DNA of 64,000 bases, taken from the NCBI GenBank assembly GCA_964106915.2, contig OZ066922.1; one strand, written 5' to 3'. A program made the position numbers and the translations under genes. The notes beneath the pieces are model-generated. The model saw only the letters and a list, made by a program, of their open reading frames with translations. It was not told where the DNA came from and did not search any database. Below, in pieces: positions 1-12,231 of this stretch. Source of the DNA: Podarcis gaigeae (taxonomy: Eukaryota). Numbering within the stretch: position 1 is the first letter of the stretch; every line of letters starts with the position of its first letter.

Positions 1-839
1 AAGTTGTAAGACTAGTTCAACCCTTCAAAATCCACTGAAAATGGCTGCATTGTTTTTAACACAAACATAATAAGAATCAGAGTTAACTTAGGAAATGTAA
101 CCAAGGCCTACTTCCTTTAAAAAAAAGAAGCCAAAACTCATTGTGGAGCAAAATGAAATGATAAGCATTCCAAATCACTTAATAACTTACACATATATTT
201 AAAATTCATTATGTTCTGACAGGTGCTCCTTACAGATGACTCCCCTCTTCATCTTCCTTCAGCAAAATGTTTGCTCAATGACATTACCAGCATGTGAAAT
301 TAGCTGCTTAGTTTAATGACTGTTGTGACCTAAACCTGAAGTAACATATCCTTGTACTAACTGTTACTCATTCAAGAGGGGCCTTCATGGTTATCTGAAC
401 ATCTCTATTGAAACAATGTGCGACAGATGTTAGACGTTGGATAAAGAAAGAGTGGTGGGAGCTATTGACCCATTGCAGCCCTTCCACCATAAGACTACAA
501 GCCTCTATGCATCACTCAGCTACAGGCATGTGATTGTGCACACAGTATTCCCAGCCCCCCTCCAAAAAAGAGAAAGACCTGGCACACACAAAACAATCAT
601 GTGTTTTTGTCCCACTTCCTTCCTAATGCCCCTTGAGATCAAGATACTTGCTTGCTGTGCTACTGCAGGGCAGACGGAAAACCCACAGAGCCCCACCCAC
701 CCAAGGGTTCTATCCCTGCAGGGTTCTATGCAGTGATGCTGCCCAATTGTGTGCCATCCCATCCCCTTTCTGGGGTGCTCCGTAAATGGAGAGGATCAGC
801 AGCCTGGACCCATACAACTTTATATTTGAGGCCTCCTGT

Positions 840-968
840 GGTGCAATGGGTCAGCACGTCTGGCTGTTAACCAGAAGATTGGCCGTTTGAGCCCATCCAG
901 GATTATTGCATTGCAGGGAATTGGACTAGATGACTCTCAGGGTCCTTTCCACTTCTACAATTCTATTT
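840..968 (+). mobile_element. Short tRNA-head / CR1-tail SINE, degenerate
   Basis: tRNA-like head followed by ggactagatga..agggtcctttcca..tctacaattcta. Relatives at 59283-59421 (+) and about 35415-35550 (-). Confidence 0.55.
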
Positions 969-2169
969 CCTTTCCCCTCTGATTCCCCATAACTTCATTT
1001 GCTCCATCTTAGTGGAGCCTTCTTGTCCGTATAATTTTTGGCCCATTCTGAGGAAGGAGAGAAGCGGAGAGTGGGTTGTAGCAAAGTCGTCGTGCTACTT
1101 CATGGATAAAGAAAAAGGCTGTACTGAGGTAAGCTGGGCAGGGTTAGTGCAAGGCAACAAGATGTTTATGGAAATCAGGTGGGTGCTACAAGGACAGGTG
1201 GGGAAAGGACAGTGCACTGCCCAAAGATGCAGAAGAGCTATAGCAGAAATCCATTTATTTCAGAGGAGAAACTGAGAAGCAATATATATCTGGCTCAAGG
1301 ATAGATTTGATTTGGGCAGCTCAAGATGCCAACCTTATTCAATTAAGTTTAGTCAAATCTGAAAGAGTTGTTTACTATGGAATGGCCTGAAGACAGATTT
1401 GTCCTTCTCTCTTCGGAAGAAGTGATATGCCTAATATAATCTAGCAGGTTTCCCCTTCAATTTACAGACCTTTGGCAACAGTATATTGTGGGTGAGAGAG
1501 CAAACCTCTGAAATCCTCCTGGAAATGGTTTAGCTATTAATGGCTGGGCTGAGAGTACCTTCTCTGTGTACTCTTTGGTAGTTAAGAAAATTTATAAATT
1601 ATCTGAGAAAATAGTTTGTCACTTGTAAAACGGATTAGAAATTTTAATCTGTATACAAATAAATAATCAATCAATCAACCAACCAACACACAGGCAGAAT
1701 AAGGGCACCTTAATTGGTTTTGGTTATCCTAACTCTCTCTAATAAATGACTGTTGTTGGATGTTGTTTCTTTTTTAAAGAAATAGTTTGTCACAGGATGC
1801 CAAGTCTCTGGAAACCCAAGTTCACCTGAAAACAGGCATACCATCACATTCTGTGGGAAAGGCATCTATAAGCAAATCTACTCTGTTGCTAGTAGTAGCC
1901 CCTCAGCCCTCCCCATGGGGGTGGGAGATACAAAGTAGATTCTGGCACAGAGATGTGGGAACCTGTGGCGCTCCAGACATTGTTGGGCTACAATTCCCCT
2001 CTTCCCTGACCGCTGTTCAGGCTGGTGGAGAATGATGGGGGTTGGAGCACAGCAACATCTGGAAGGCCACGTTCATTCCCAGTCCCTCAGGGAATCACTC
2101 AGCAGGGAAGAGAAACGTCACCTCAGTGTAAAACCACAATTCAGCAAGGTTTACAACTGATTAGAAACA

Positions 2170-2175
2170 TTTATT
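2170..2175 (-). terminator. Candidate ADRA2C polyadenylation signal (AATAAA)
   Basis: tttatt on + strand, about 270 nt past the stop codon, at the GC-to-AT transition. Confidence 0.5.
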
Positions 2176-2443
2176 TAGAAAAAGAAAAGTTAATATTCTC
2201 CTTTAGCAGGATTTGGGCAAGTATATAAATCATTTCAGGTATAAAAGACTGTCAATGCCTGACAGTGAGTGCAGGCTGGGCTCCTTTCCCCCCTCTTCTC
2301 CTCCTCCTCCAGTAAAGCCCGGCTCCGTCTTGGGGCAAATCCAGCCCTGAAGACAACCCCAAGTTCTGGCTGCCCCCCCCCCCTTGTGCAGAGGCCAAGG
2401 GAGCCCTTTCCTGCCCCTCTCTGGTGCTGAGCTCAGGCGCCTC

Positions 2444-3793
2444 TCAGTGCAAGAAGGGCAGCTTCCTCTCCCTCCTCCTCCTCCTGGTCCTCCCGAAGAG
2501 AATGTGCTTGAAGGACCTGCGGAAGTCCTGGTTGAAGATGGTGTAGATGACGGGGTTGAGGGAGCTGTTGCAGTAGCCGATCCAGAAGAAGAACTTGAAG
2601 AGCGCCTCGGGGACCTCGCAGGCCTCGCGGCAGATGCCGTACAGGCTGTAGCTGAAGAAGAAGGGCGACCAGCACACCACGAAGACGCCCATCACCACCG
2701 CCAGCACGAAGGTGAAGCGCTTCTCGCGCGCCTGGCTGGCCGCCGTCTTGGCGCCCAGGCTGCCCGCCCGCTGCCGCCGCCGGTGCGACGAGAAGAACTC
2801 CAGCGAGCGGCTGCTGGAGCGCGACAGGCGCCCGCTCGACGCCGCCTTGCACGACGCCGACGCCAGGGGCCGCCTGGCCCGCGCCGCCTCCCGGCTCCGC
2901 CGCCGTCGGCTCTCCAGGGTGCTGCTCTCGTCCAGCTCCACGTCCTGCAGCTCCGCCGCCGCCGCCGCCTCCTCCTCCCAGCGCGCGCGGGGCCACGGGC
3001 CCTTCTCCCGCGGCGGAGAGCGCAGCGACATGAAGCCCCGGGCGCCGAGGGCGCGGGGCGCGCCGTTCTGGGCCTGGGGCGCGCCGTCGGGCCCGGGCCG
3101 CTTCTCGGAGAGCGTCCTGGTCCTGAGCTTGGCCACGCGGTAGATGCGCACGTAGACCAGCACCATGATGAGGCAGGGCGCGAAGAAGGAGCCGATGCAG
3201 GAGGAGAGGATGTACCAGGTCTCGTCGTTGAGCTGGCACGTGGCGGGCGCCTCGCCCGGGGGCTGCCAGTACTTGGAGACCAGCGGCGGCGAGGAGATGA
3301 GCGCCGAGAGGAGCCAGACCAGCAGGATGATGCCCTTGATGCGCCGCGGGGTCCGCTTCTGGTTGTACTCCACCGCCTGCGTGACCGACCAGTACCTGTC
3401 CAGGCTGATGGCGCACAGGTGCACGATGGAGGAGGTGCAGAAGAGGACGTCCAGTGCCAGGTAGATGTTGCACCAGGCCTTGCCGAAGTGCCAGGCGCCC
3501 ATCAGCTCGTTGGCCAGGGAGAAGGGCATCACCAGGGCGGCCACCAAGATGTCGGCGCTGGCCAGCGAGACCAGGAAGAGGTTCTGCGGGGCGCGCAGGG
3601 CGCGGCTGGTCAGCACCGCGATCACCACCAGCACGTTGCCCACGATGGTGAAGACGATGAGGAAGCCCACCACGGCGGCCAGCCCGGCCACGGCGCCCGG
3701 GGAGTAGGCGGCGGCGGCGGCGGGGGGCGAGGGCGGCGCCCCCAGCAGGGACCCGTTGAGGGGGGTCGCGCTGCTGTTGGGGGGAGCCTCCAT
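2444..3793 (-). CDS. ADRA2C: Alpha-2C adrenergic receptor (intronless class A GPCR, 449 aa)
   Basis: 7TM ORF with GNVLV, LASAD, D3.32 (ALDVLFC), DRY, TM5 [10 protein letters not shown], CWxP and NPVIY. Alpha-2C-type segments: [59 protein letters not shown], and an Arg-rich C-tail lacking the palmitoylated Cys. Syntenic with DOK7/RGS12. Confidence 0.93.
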   Translation of the reverse strand: MEAPPNSSATPLNGSLLGAPPSPPAAAAAYSPGAVAGLAAVVGFLIVFTIVGNVLVVIAVLTSRALRAPQNLFLVSLASADILVAALVMPFSLANELMGAWHFGKAWCNIYLALDVLFCTSSIVHLCAISLDRYWSVTQAVEYNQKRTPRRIKGIILLVWLLSALISSPPLVSKYWQPPGEAPATCQLNDETWYILSSCIGSFFAPCLIMVLVYVRIYRVAKLRTRTLSEKRPGPDGAPQAQNGAPRALGARGFMSLRSPPREKGPWPRARWEEEAAAAAELQDVELDESSTLESRRRRSREAARARRPLASASCKAASSGRLSRSSSRSLEFFSSHRRRQRAGSLGAKTAASQAREKRFTFVLAVVMGVFVVCWSPFFFSYSLYGICREACEVPEALFKFFFWIGYCNSSLNPVIYTIFNQDFRRSFKHILFGRTRRRRRERKLPFLH

Positions 3794-4323
3794 CCCCCGG
3801 GCGAGACGGGCGCGGCTCTAGGGAGACGCCGGCACCCCGCGCTGGATCCTCACCTTAGCCCGGCCGGAGCGCGCTCCCCCCGCCGGCCCCGCCATCCCGG
3901 GGAGAAGGGGGCGCCCCCGGACCCCTTCCCGGAGCAGCGGCGCTTGCCTGCCTGCCTGCCTGCCTGCGCGCCCCGGCAGGCGGGGACTCCCTCGTCCTCT
4001 GCTCCTGGCTCCTCCGCGGCTCCGGGCGCCCGGCGCTCCTGGGGCGGGAGAGGCGGCGTGGCGCGGGCTGCTGGCCGGGCCCCCGGAGCCGCGCTCCTCC
4101 CGCCGGCCGGCGCCTCTCTCCGGGGCGCCCAGCGCACTGCCGGCTGCTGCGGACGGCGCCCGACGCTGCCTCGAGCATGCCCAGTAGCGGCGGCGGCGTT
4201 GGCGGCCAGGCACGCTCCCTCACGTGCGCCAGACGGGAGGGGCGGCCAGGGAGCCCGACAGCGCCCGCCGCGCCCTCCGTCGCAGGGGGCTCCCCGGAGC
4301 GCGCTCCTGCTCCAGCACGGACG

Positions 4324-4441
4324 CAGTGGCGTAGCGTGGGTTGTCAGCACCTGGGGCAAGGCAAGTAATTTGCACCCCCTAACCCCCAGATGTTGCGCCC
4401 GGTGCGCCCGGCCCCCCTGCACCCCCCACGCTACGCCACTG
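4324..4441 (+). mobile_element. hAT-type MITE (CAGTGGCGTAGCGTGGG TIR), copy 1, upstream of ADRA2C
   Basis: 17-bp TIRs, 8-bp TSD cacggacg/catggacg (1 mismatch). Confidence 0.85.
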
Positions 4442-5436
4442 CATGGACGCCCCCCCCCCGTCCTGGCCCTCGCGGGGCGGGCGAGGGGGCGGGAGAAGCG
4501 CGGAAGAAAGCGCGCCCGGGAGCCGCGCTCGAGGGCAGCCTCGCCGTAGGGGTGGCGGAGCCTCCCCGGAGGAAAGCAGGGGCCGCCTTTCCCCGAAGAG
4601 AACGGGGAGCAGCAGGGGGCGGAGGAGACCCCGAGAGAAACCCTGCCCCCTCCCCACGAGCGCCAGTCCCCCCCCCCTTCGCAACGGCGGACGCGGCGCC
4701 GCCCGTGGGACTGGCTGACTTGTAAGCCCTTCGCTTTCTCATCCAGCTGACCAGGGCGGGGGGAGAAAAAACGCGACGGCAGCACCGAGAAGCTGCCCAG
4801 CTGGAAACCAGAAGGGAGGCCCCGTCAGTTAGCTGCTGCCCCGCCCGGCCTGTTTCCGCTGGTGCTGCGGAGAGCAACGAGGTCCCCGGGCAACCGAGCA
4901 GGGATGTTGGCCTGGGACGTTGTGTGGCTTGGATGCTTTCCAGGCAACTGTCGAGGGTGCGCAGATGGACCTGTTCTGAATGCTTCCTTGAGAGCAGCGC
5001 AAGGGACAGGCCTCCCACAGGCTGGAAAGGGCTCCCCAGCTCCTTCCTTAGCAAAGCTGGGGAGGCGGAAGGGTTGGTGGATAGATTTGCCGTATGTGGA
5101 TCAGGGGTGAAACTAGGCTTCAAGGAAGCTGTTGATTCAGCGGGTCACAGCCTTGATGATGAAGCAATCCAGGATGCCTTGGTGCAGCCTGGATTTCTCT
5201 GGTATTTCCCTCTTTTATCCCGCTTAAAAACAATAACAGCAGACCAACAGTCTTCTAAGAAGAAAATAGTTTACTCGCAGTTCACTTTCAGCAGCAATCT
5301 GGAGGCAGGCTTATGTTGCAGTCATAGGTACATTTTGTCTGTGTGTTTGTGTGTGAACAATGGAATCTGAGTCTGACCTCAGACTTGAGAACTAGCTACA
5401 TCTCTGTAGAGATTGCAGTGACAAGATGGACTAGAG

Positions 5437-5572
5437 CAGGAATAGGCAAACTCAGTCCTCCAGATGTTTTGGGACTACAATTCCCATCATCCCTCACCAC
5501 TGGTCCTGTTAGCTAGGGATCATGGGAGTTGTAGTCCGAAAACATCTGGCGGGCCGAGTTTGCCTATGCCTG
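5437..5572. mobile_element. Palindromic hAT/Charlie-like MITE
   Basis: CAGG..TAGGCAAACTC TIRs, near-perfect foldback. Degenerate relatives at about 1948-2085 and 49310-49440. Confidence 0.7.
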
Positions 5573-6819
5573 GAGTAAGAGAGCCAAGAGAGAAAGATGG
5601 CGGCATGACCAGCCCTTTTATATAAGTTACACCCATCTCTTCCTGGCTGCACCCAGGGGGGAGTGGCTCCCACAGCTTTGACAGGAAGTTCTCCCTGTTG
5701 GATCCACATTCGGCTGAGTGCCCATTCTAGCAAACAGGAATTGTTGGACTTGACTGCTCTTTCTGGATACCCCACAAGTGAAAGGGTAGCAAGTGGCAGT
5801 GGGCTGTGAGAAGGATTGGGGCAAGGGAACTGTTTCAGGCAAACTGTGCCCACCTTAGTTCTGTTCTCTAGAATTTCAGATTTGAGGAGCTGCCTTTGGA
5901 TCTTTGCCCCTCCTCCCCACATCTTTGTTAACAAGCAGTGTGATCAGAATACTGCAAGTTGAATATAGATTGAACATAGATTTGGGAGCCCACTTGTGTT
6001 CCAGAACAGGTCGAAAATTCTGCATGCAAGACATGTGCCACTTTGTCAGTTTCAATTTTCCTTCCATGGAACAGCCAGTTGGAGTTCTTGCGAGGCTAGA
6101 TGAGATAATGGATTTGTAATGCGGTTCTCACACTGCATAAATAACCTGCGGGAATTAATAATCAAAGCTCTAGTGAGACAGTGTTCTCCCACCACCACGT
6201 TATTTGCTTAAGGAGGTTTTGTGGGACTTTGTTGAAGAACCTGGGAAGTAAATCCCCAGAGTTCCAGAGGGCATCATGCGCTGTGCAACTGGCAGGCATT
6301 CTTACAGCCTGTTTGTTCCAGTTCAGATCAAAATTCCACTGACTTCTTTAAGGTGCTTTTAGACTGAATTTGTTTCAATGCAGCACATAGCTTAATCCAT
6401 TTCCTTAGGGCACTGAGTGACACAGAAAATTAATCAGGGATATGATTACCTGCTTTAAAATCCATTTTAACTCATGAGATGAATCTGGGGGCTTCATTTT
6501 GTTCTCAACTCTTAAATAAGTAAGTAAGTAAGAAGAAGAAGAAGAAGAGCTTTTGAGTCATTGAAACCCCTTTCATGTGCCGAGAGGATGTGAATTAGTA
6601 ACCTGGAGACAGTAACCTGGATCCCAGCATTTGCAAATGCAGAAGGAGATGCAGTACTCACAAATGCTTACACTGAGCTGCACATAAAGAGAGGTTTTCC
6701 ATTTCACATCAATGGGGGTAGCTTTGTCACATCTCCAACGCAGCATGCATCTCTCCTCAAAAATGAAGGTAACAGGAAACTTGTTCACTCTAGAGCTCCA
6801 TAGAAGTAGCACTACCAGG

Positions 6820-6987
6820 CAGTGGCGTAGCGTGGGTTGTCAGCACCCGGGGCAAGGCAAGTAATTTGCACCCCCTAACCCGTGGATTTGTGCCCCCTAA
6901 CCCGTGGATTTGCGCCCCTAACTCTAACCCCCAGATGTTGCGCCCGGTGCGGCCGGCCCCCCCTGTACCCCCCACGCTACGCCACTG
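6820..6987 (+). mobile_element. hAT-type MITE (CAGTGGCGTAGCGTGGG TIR), copy 2
   Basis: TIRs plus perfect 8-bp TSD ctaccagg. Confidence 0.9.
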
Positions 6988-7199
6988 CTACCAGGTAGAG
7001 TCTACCTTTTATTCTGCTATCTATCCGAAAGCAGGCTTCACCTTTGTGGAAAGCTTCACTGCACAGTAGCAGTCAGCAGAAAGCATTTCGGGAAAACTGG
7101 TTTGTGAGCAACCAGGGCCTGGTGCTCCTCCATCATGTCTTTATGAGCAAGATTCAGTTGCCTTCCCCTTTCTTCAGAGGAACTTGGGGGGAGCTTTGC

Positions 7200-7790
7200 C
7201 CTGACAAATGCGAGGGCATTTGGAGGAGGAGGCCTGGAGTGCTGCCTCATACGGTACATGGATAGGATCAAGAGACATGGGGGGGGTGAGAGAGTTGGGG
7301 CAGTGATCTGCAACACCTGTGTCATGTTTATCTTCCTGAGGATGTGCAAAAGTACACCTGCAGCAAGTGCAAGTTGGTTGCCTTGCTGGAAGAGAAGGTA
7401 CAACACCTTGAGGCCTTCCTAGCCTCACTTTGAAGCAAAATGAGGAATTTCTTGCAAGGATGGACTGTCCTGGAACAGCAATGCAGATAGGCTGCCCCCA
7501 CCCCCACCCCGGGAGGAAGAAGATTGCCCATTGCAGGAGATGAACCCCGGGAGAATTGTAACACACACACAAGCAGGACTGTCAAGAGCTGCAAACATGA
7601 TTCCATGCCCTCACCTCAGACACCAATTCTGGGCCAGAGGAGCAAGGACAGCAGTTGGAGACCTCAGAATACACCAAGGAGGCTGTGGAAAGTACAGTGT
7701 ACAGAATGATTCCGGCCACTCTCCAGAGGAAAAAGCGACACATGGCGATGGCAGGTGGTTCGCTACTGAGCAGGATGGATAGCACTGGAT
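7200..7790 (+). mobile_element. Degenerate CR1 LINE 5' region (ORF1 zinc finger and coiled coil)
   Basis: Frameshifted CNTCVMFIFL..YTCSKCKLVALLEEKVQHLEA, typical of CR1 ORF1. Confidence 0.6.
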
Positions 7791-7797
7791 AGTAGTA

Positions 7798-7984
7798 CAG
7801 TGGTACCTCGGGTTAAGAACTTAATTCGTTCTGGAGGTCCATTCTTAACCTGAAACTGTTCTTAACCTGAGGTACCACTTTAGCTAATGGGGCCTCCCGC
7901 TGCCGTTGCGCCGCCGGCACACGATTTTTGTTCTCATCCTGAAGCATCTGTAATCTGAAGCGTCTGTAACCCGAGGTACCACTG
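7798..7984. mobile_element. Tc1/mariner-type MITE family A (CAGTGGTACCTCGGGTTA TIR), internally deleted
   Basis: TIRs. Other copies at 17402-17627, 39393-39609, 47787-48451, 55932-56157. Confidence 0.8.
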
Positions 7985-9024
7985 CACCTGTCACTTACAG
8001 AACTCAGCAGGCCCCAGCGCAGACCTCACAGAAAGATATTGCAAGCCTTCCCCTATTAACTTTCCAGGATCCTTGCTTTGATTATCATTATTATAATTGC
8101 AATGAAGTGTATTTTTGGCACTGCACTGATAGGGAAGTATATTGTGCTATTAGCTGTGGGGACTCTCTGCATGATGTGCTGATGCTATTAATTATAACAA
8201 TCACATGGTATCAAATGACCAGCAAACAGGTCATGATTTTCTGTAGCAAATGTAGATACCTTCTGCTATAGCTTAACACTTTGGTTTTAGCATAAATCAT
8301 TTTTCATTCCTTGGATTAAGGAAAAGCTACATTGTAAATCAGCTCAGTGTAATACACCACAGCATAAATCACATATATTTGGTGCTGCATCCTTTACAAG
8401 TCTAGACAATATATTTTTGCAACTTCAGACATTTCAAAAGATGATTGATGACAGAAATGAATAATTGAGTAGAGTGTCTCTGTTCTACAAACAATAAATA
8501 GAGCAGCATCATAAAATGTGTGGCTTAGGGGAATAAATGGCCCCAGTTTCTCCAGAGTTTGCAGTTCTTACGTCCATATATTTTTATTCTTTTAAAAGTA
8601 AGTGTGCACCTAGATGGTCAAACTACAGGAAAATATGTTCTAAAATTAAAACCACTTCTGGGCTCCTGATAGTTGAGAAGGATTCCATTCTGAAAGACTA
8701 ACAGAAGACAGACGGTCAACAGTTTTTAAGATAGTTGAAATAGTATTTCTATACCGTGACATAGCATTATTCCCAGGGCTTTGGGGGCAGGAGATTGCTT
8801 CCCAGAGGGGTCTATGAAGAAAAAGCAAGGAAGCTCCTGGGCCATGAACAGCTAACACTTGCCCACTCTCCTAAATGTTGGCATAAATTCTCTTGCAATT
8901 TCATGGGTGAAAAAGGTTTTGTGAAGGGGGAGAATGACCTCTAAGGATGGGAGAATCTAACAGTTTCAGTTTCTCATTACACCAATCTACCAATCTTAAA
9001 TTCAGTTCTCCATGTAGTTTGTGA

Positions 9025-9029
<5 letters not shown>

Positions 9030-9082
<53 letters not shown>
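9030..9082. repeat. (TC)n(TA)n microsatellite; others at 9476-9525 (TA)n, 43417-43462 (AG)n, 45522-45576 (TG)n(AG)n
   Basis: Direct inspection. Confidence 0.95.
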
Positions 9083-9083
<1 letters not shown>

Positions 9084-9470
9084 CACACAATGTTCACCAG
9101 CATTTTAGTGTGCATTTCTCCCAATATACACATTTTAATGCAAATTTGCCAAATGTACACTTTTTTTTGCAAACAATTTCCCCCTAATATAATGCATTTT
9201 TGTATGTTGCTTTAACTAATAGATGCATTTTGATGCCCACTTTTACCCTGCTATGTGAATTTTTGTACACATTACTTGGCTGGAGAATTGCACTTTAAAA
9301 TTCAGAGAACTGTGAAGTAAGTTTGCCTTTTAAGTGTGAACTGAATGGAATTTCTTTCCCCTCCCTAAGTACTCCATCTCTATTTTTAATGTAAAGTTTA
9401 TGCAATAGTCCTGTATGCAAGTAAGTGATATTTTTTCCAAAAATAAATTAATTGTTATTACTATAAGCTT

Positions 9471-9528
<58 letters not shown>

Positions 9529-11878
9529 CAATAAAGTATTGAGCCTTTTGTCAGGTACTTGATTAATTGAAATGACAGTAACAAAGCATAAGCTAATGTT
9601 AGAGAGTCATGGATGGAGAACCTGTGATCAGGGACGATGGAAGTGGGAGTCCGACAAGAGGTAGAATGCTACAAGTTCACCACACTTCCTCCCCTTCAGT
9701 CTGATTTTTGGATATTTAACTAAACCGGCTGAGCCAAAAGGAGTGCAAGCATTCTTCCACAAAATGCATTCCACCAAATTCAATATCCCCAACTGTGCAG
9801 AGGTCCTGACAACACAGAACACCAACACATACTCATCTGAATGCAAGTAGGCACCCTGCAATGAGAGGCCAGATCCCTCAGTGTGCATGTTATAAAAGGT
9901 GGAGCAGCAGCACAGCTTCACTCATGTTATCCATGTATAGTTTCAACTCCCAAGTAACGTCTATGAAGGCCTTGAATCTTTCCAAAATTGGATTGCTTAA
10001 AGTTCGGTTGAAGGTCCCTCTGCCAAGGCCACCCCCCCCCCAGACACACATCAGCAAAAGTTTCTGCAGCAGTTGTGTGGAGGAGAAATACTTGGATCTT
10101 CTGTTACTATGGAGACAACAGCAGTCAACATGCTCTAAGCTCCATGGTATTTTATATGGGTACCTCCAGTCACCATGGAAACAGATGTCTCTAAATCTTC
10201 TCAGTATTGTTAGAAGAAAAGAATGATTTCAAGGACTGTATGGAATCAATCTGATTGGTGAGCAGCACCTTCTATACAGGGATCTCAAATATTTTTCTGC
10301 TTTGAGACTGCAGGGATATAATGAGAAGGAAAAGGAAACACCAAGTCAAACCTGGAATGCCCCTTGTGATTGATGTGCTAATGTGCTAGAGACAAGATGA
10401 AATGACATTGTCTTGTGTTAAGGGAAGTGTGAGATCTGTTTTACAGAGGGAACGACTGCAAATATGTGGACTCGTGTAAGTTGTAAAATTCCTAAAGTTC
10501 TAGTTATTGTAGCATTAAAATTGCACTGAAATGTATAACGTGGGCAGCATTTCTCGCCAGCCACACCTCAACTAATCCAAGGAGGTAAGAGATCTCCTGC
10601 AGATCTTAAGGACTGAGCAGTCTCATACTGGCAGAACATTCCTGAAGCCAGGCCATTTAGGGCTTTAACAGTAACAACCAGCAGTTTCAGTTGTGCAGCA
10701 GACCCCCCAAGTTTCCCTATCAGGAATGTCCCTGATTTAGAGAAGCCATCCCGGTTTCTGATTTGACCCCAAAATGTCCAATTTTTCCTTAGGACGTCCC
10801 TTTTTTCATTGGTGAAATGTTGGAGGGTATGGAGTTATCTGACTCCTGAGCCATCTGAAGGCAATCCTTTATAGGGAAGTTTTTCAATGTTTAATGTTTT
10901 GTTATGTTTTTATATATGTTGGAACCTGCCCAGAGTGGCTGGGGCAACCCAGTAAGATGTGTGGGGTATAAAGAGTAAAATTTATCATTATGGAATGGGA
11001 CATCCCTATTTACATCGGAGAAGTGCTGAGGGGTATGGTATGGTACAGCTGTTGTAAGATGTCAGGAGATACCAGGGACCTTTCCACTCGTGTGTGTGGC
11101 TGTCCAGTGTAGTGAGCTATCAGAACTGCAGCACCAGTTCTTTCCCAGGCTGATAAGGAAGCCTTCTCAGAACCTGATCTGGTCCTGCTTACTCGCGTCA
11201 GGTCATTGGAGCCTTCTGCATGGGACAGGGCCATAAATGGTTTCCTGTTTGGGCTGGGGCTTTGCCTGAGGAACAAAGTTTTCCTGACTCCAGTGTTTCT
11301 ATGTCCCTTGGTACATGTACTTGTGTATTAAAGTACATGTACATGTAGCCAGTGACCAAATGGACTCTTAAACCTTTTAGCTGCATGCTTTGTAAATGTG
11401 CCTTTTCAGGTTCTCATCGGGAAGTCAACTCACTGACATCATTGTACCACAGGGACATCCTGCACGTAGCAGAGAAACAAAAATTCACGAAATGTTATAC
11501 TCAGAGGAGAACCTACACCCCCAGGACTTGCATGATTCATACTTTTATGAGCTGGTCTGCATGCTTCCTACAAAAATCTGATAAGGTTAATGCAGTGATA
11601 CAAGGTCTTCTATGGTAGTATAACAGTCCTTTATCATCCCAGCATTTGGTCTGAAGGATGTAAACGTTAACAAGGTTATGAACCTGAATTCCTTTCTCCT
11701 ATAACCATGAGTCCGCGTGGGATTTTATTAAACAAAAGTAAAATCCCCTAACACTTGGACTGATCATACTGAAAATGAAGTCCCACTCCATACCCTACCA
11801 ATAATTCAATAGTTGTGCTCTCCACCTAGGTAGTATAATGAATGTAATTGGAACCACTCAGCACTGACCCATATTGTA

Positions 11879-12231
11879 AGTAAAGGTAAAGGGACCCCTG
11901 ACCATTAGGACCAGTCGTGGCCGACTCTGGGGTTGCGGTGCTCATCTCGCTTTATTGGCCGAGGGAGCCAGCGTACAGCTTCTGGGTCATGTGGCCAGCA
12001 TGACTAAGCTGCTTCTGGCGAACCAGAGCAGCGCACAGAAACGCCGTTTACCTTCCCGCCGGAGCGGTACCTATTTATCTACTTGCACTTGACGTGCTTT
12101 CAAACTGCTAGGTTGGCAGGAGCAGGGACTGAGCAACGGGAGCTCACCCCGTCGCGGGGATTCGAACCGCCGATCTTCTGATCGGCAATTCCTAGGCTCT
12201 GTGGTTTAACCCACAGTGCCACCTGTGTCCC
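11879..12231 (-). mobile_element. Sauria-type SINE
   Basis: tRNA-like head, (ACCTTT)n tail, TSD gacccatattgta. Confidence 0.9.

Larger units (their letters stand above)
2400..4900. promoter_or_regulatory. CpG island covering the ADRA2C CDS, 5'UTR and promoter
   Basis: Very high GC and CpG density, with GGGCGG boxes upstream of the ATG. Confidence 0.85.

Noticed and set aside
2444-3793. Call as ADRA2D or ADRA2A
   Set aside because: ICL3, TM1, ECL3, the Cys-less Arg-rich tail and DOK7/RGS12 synteny all fit ADRA2C.
2384-4549. 721-aa + strand ORF antisense to ADRA2C, and the 346-aa alternative frame
   Set aside because: Shadow ORFs expected from near-saturated GC3 and a CpG island. The long one has a non-ATG start, runs through a MITE and has no domain.
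6890-6930. Interstitial telomeric sequence
   Set aside because: CCCTAA hexamers are isolated and internal to a MITE, not a (TTAGGG)n array.
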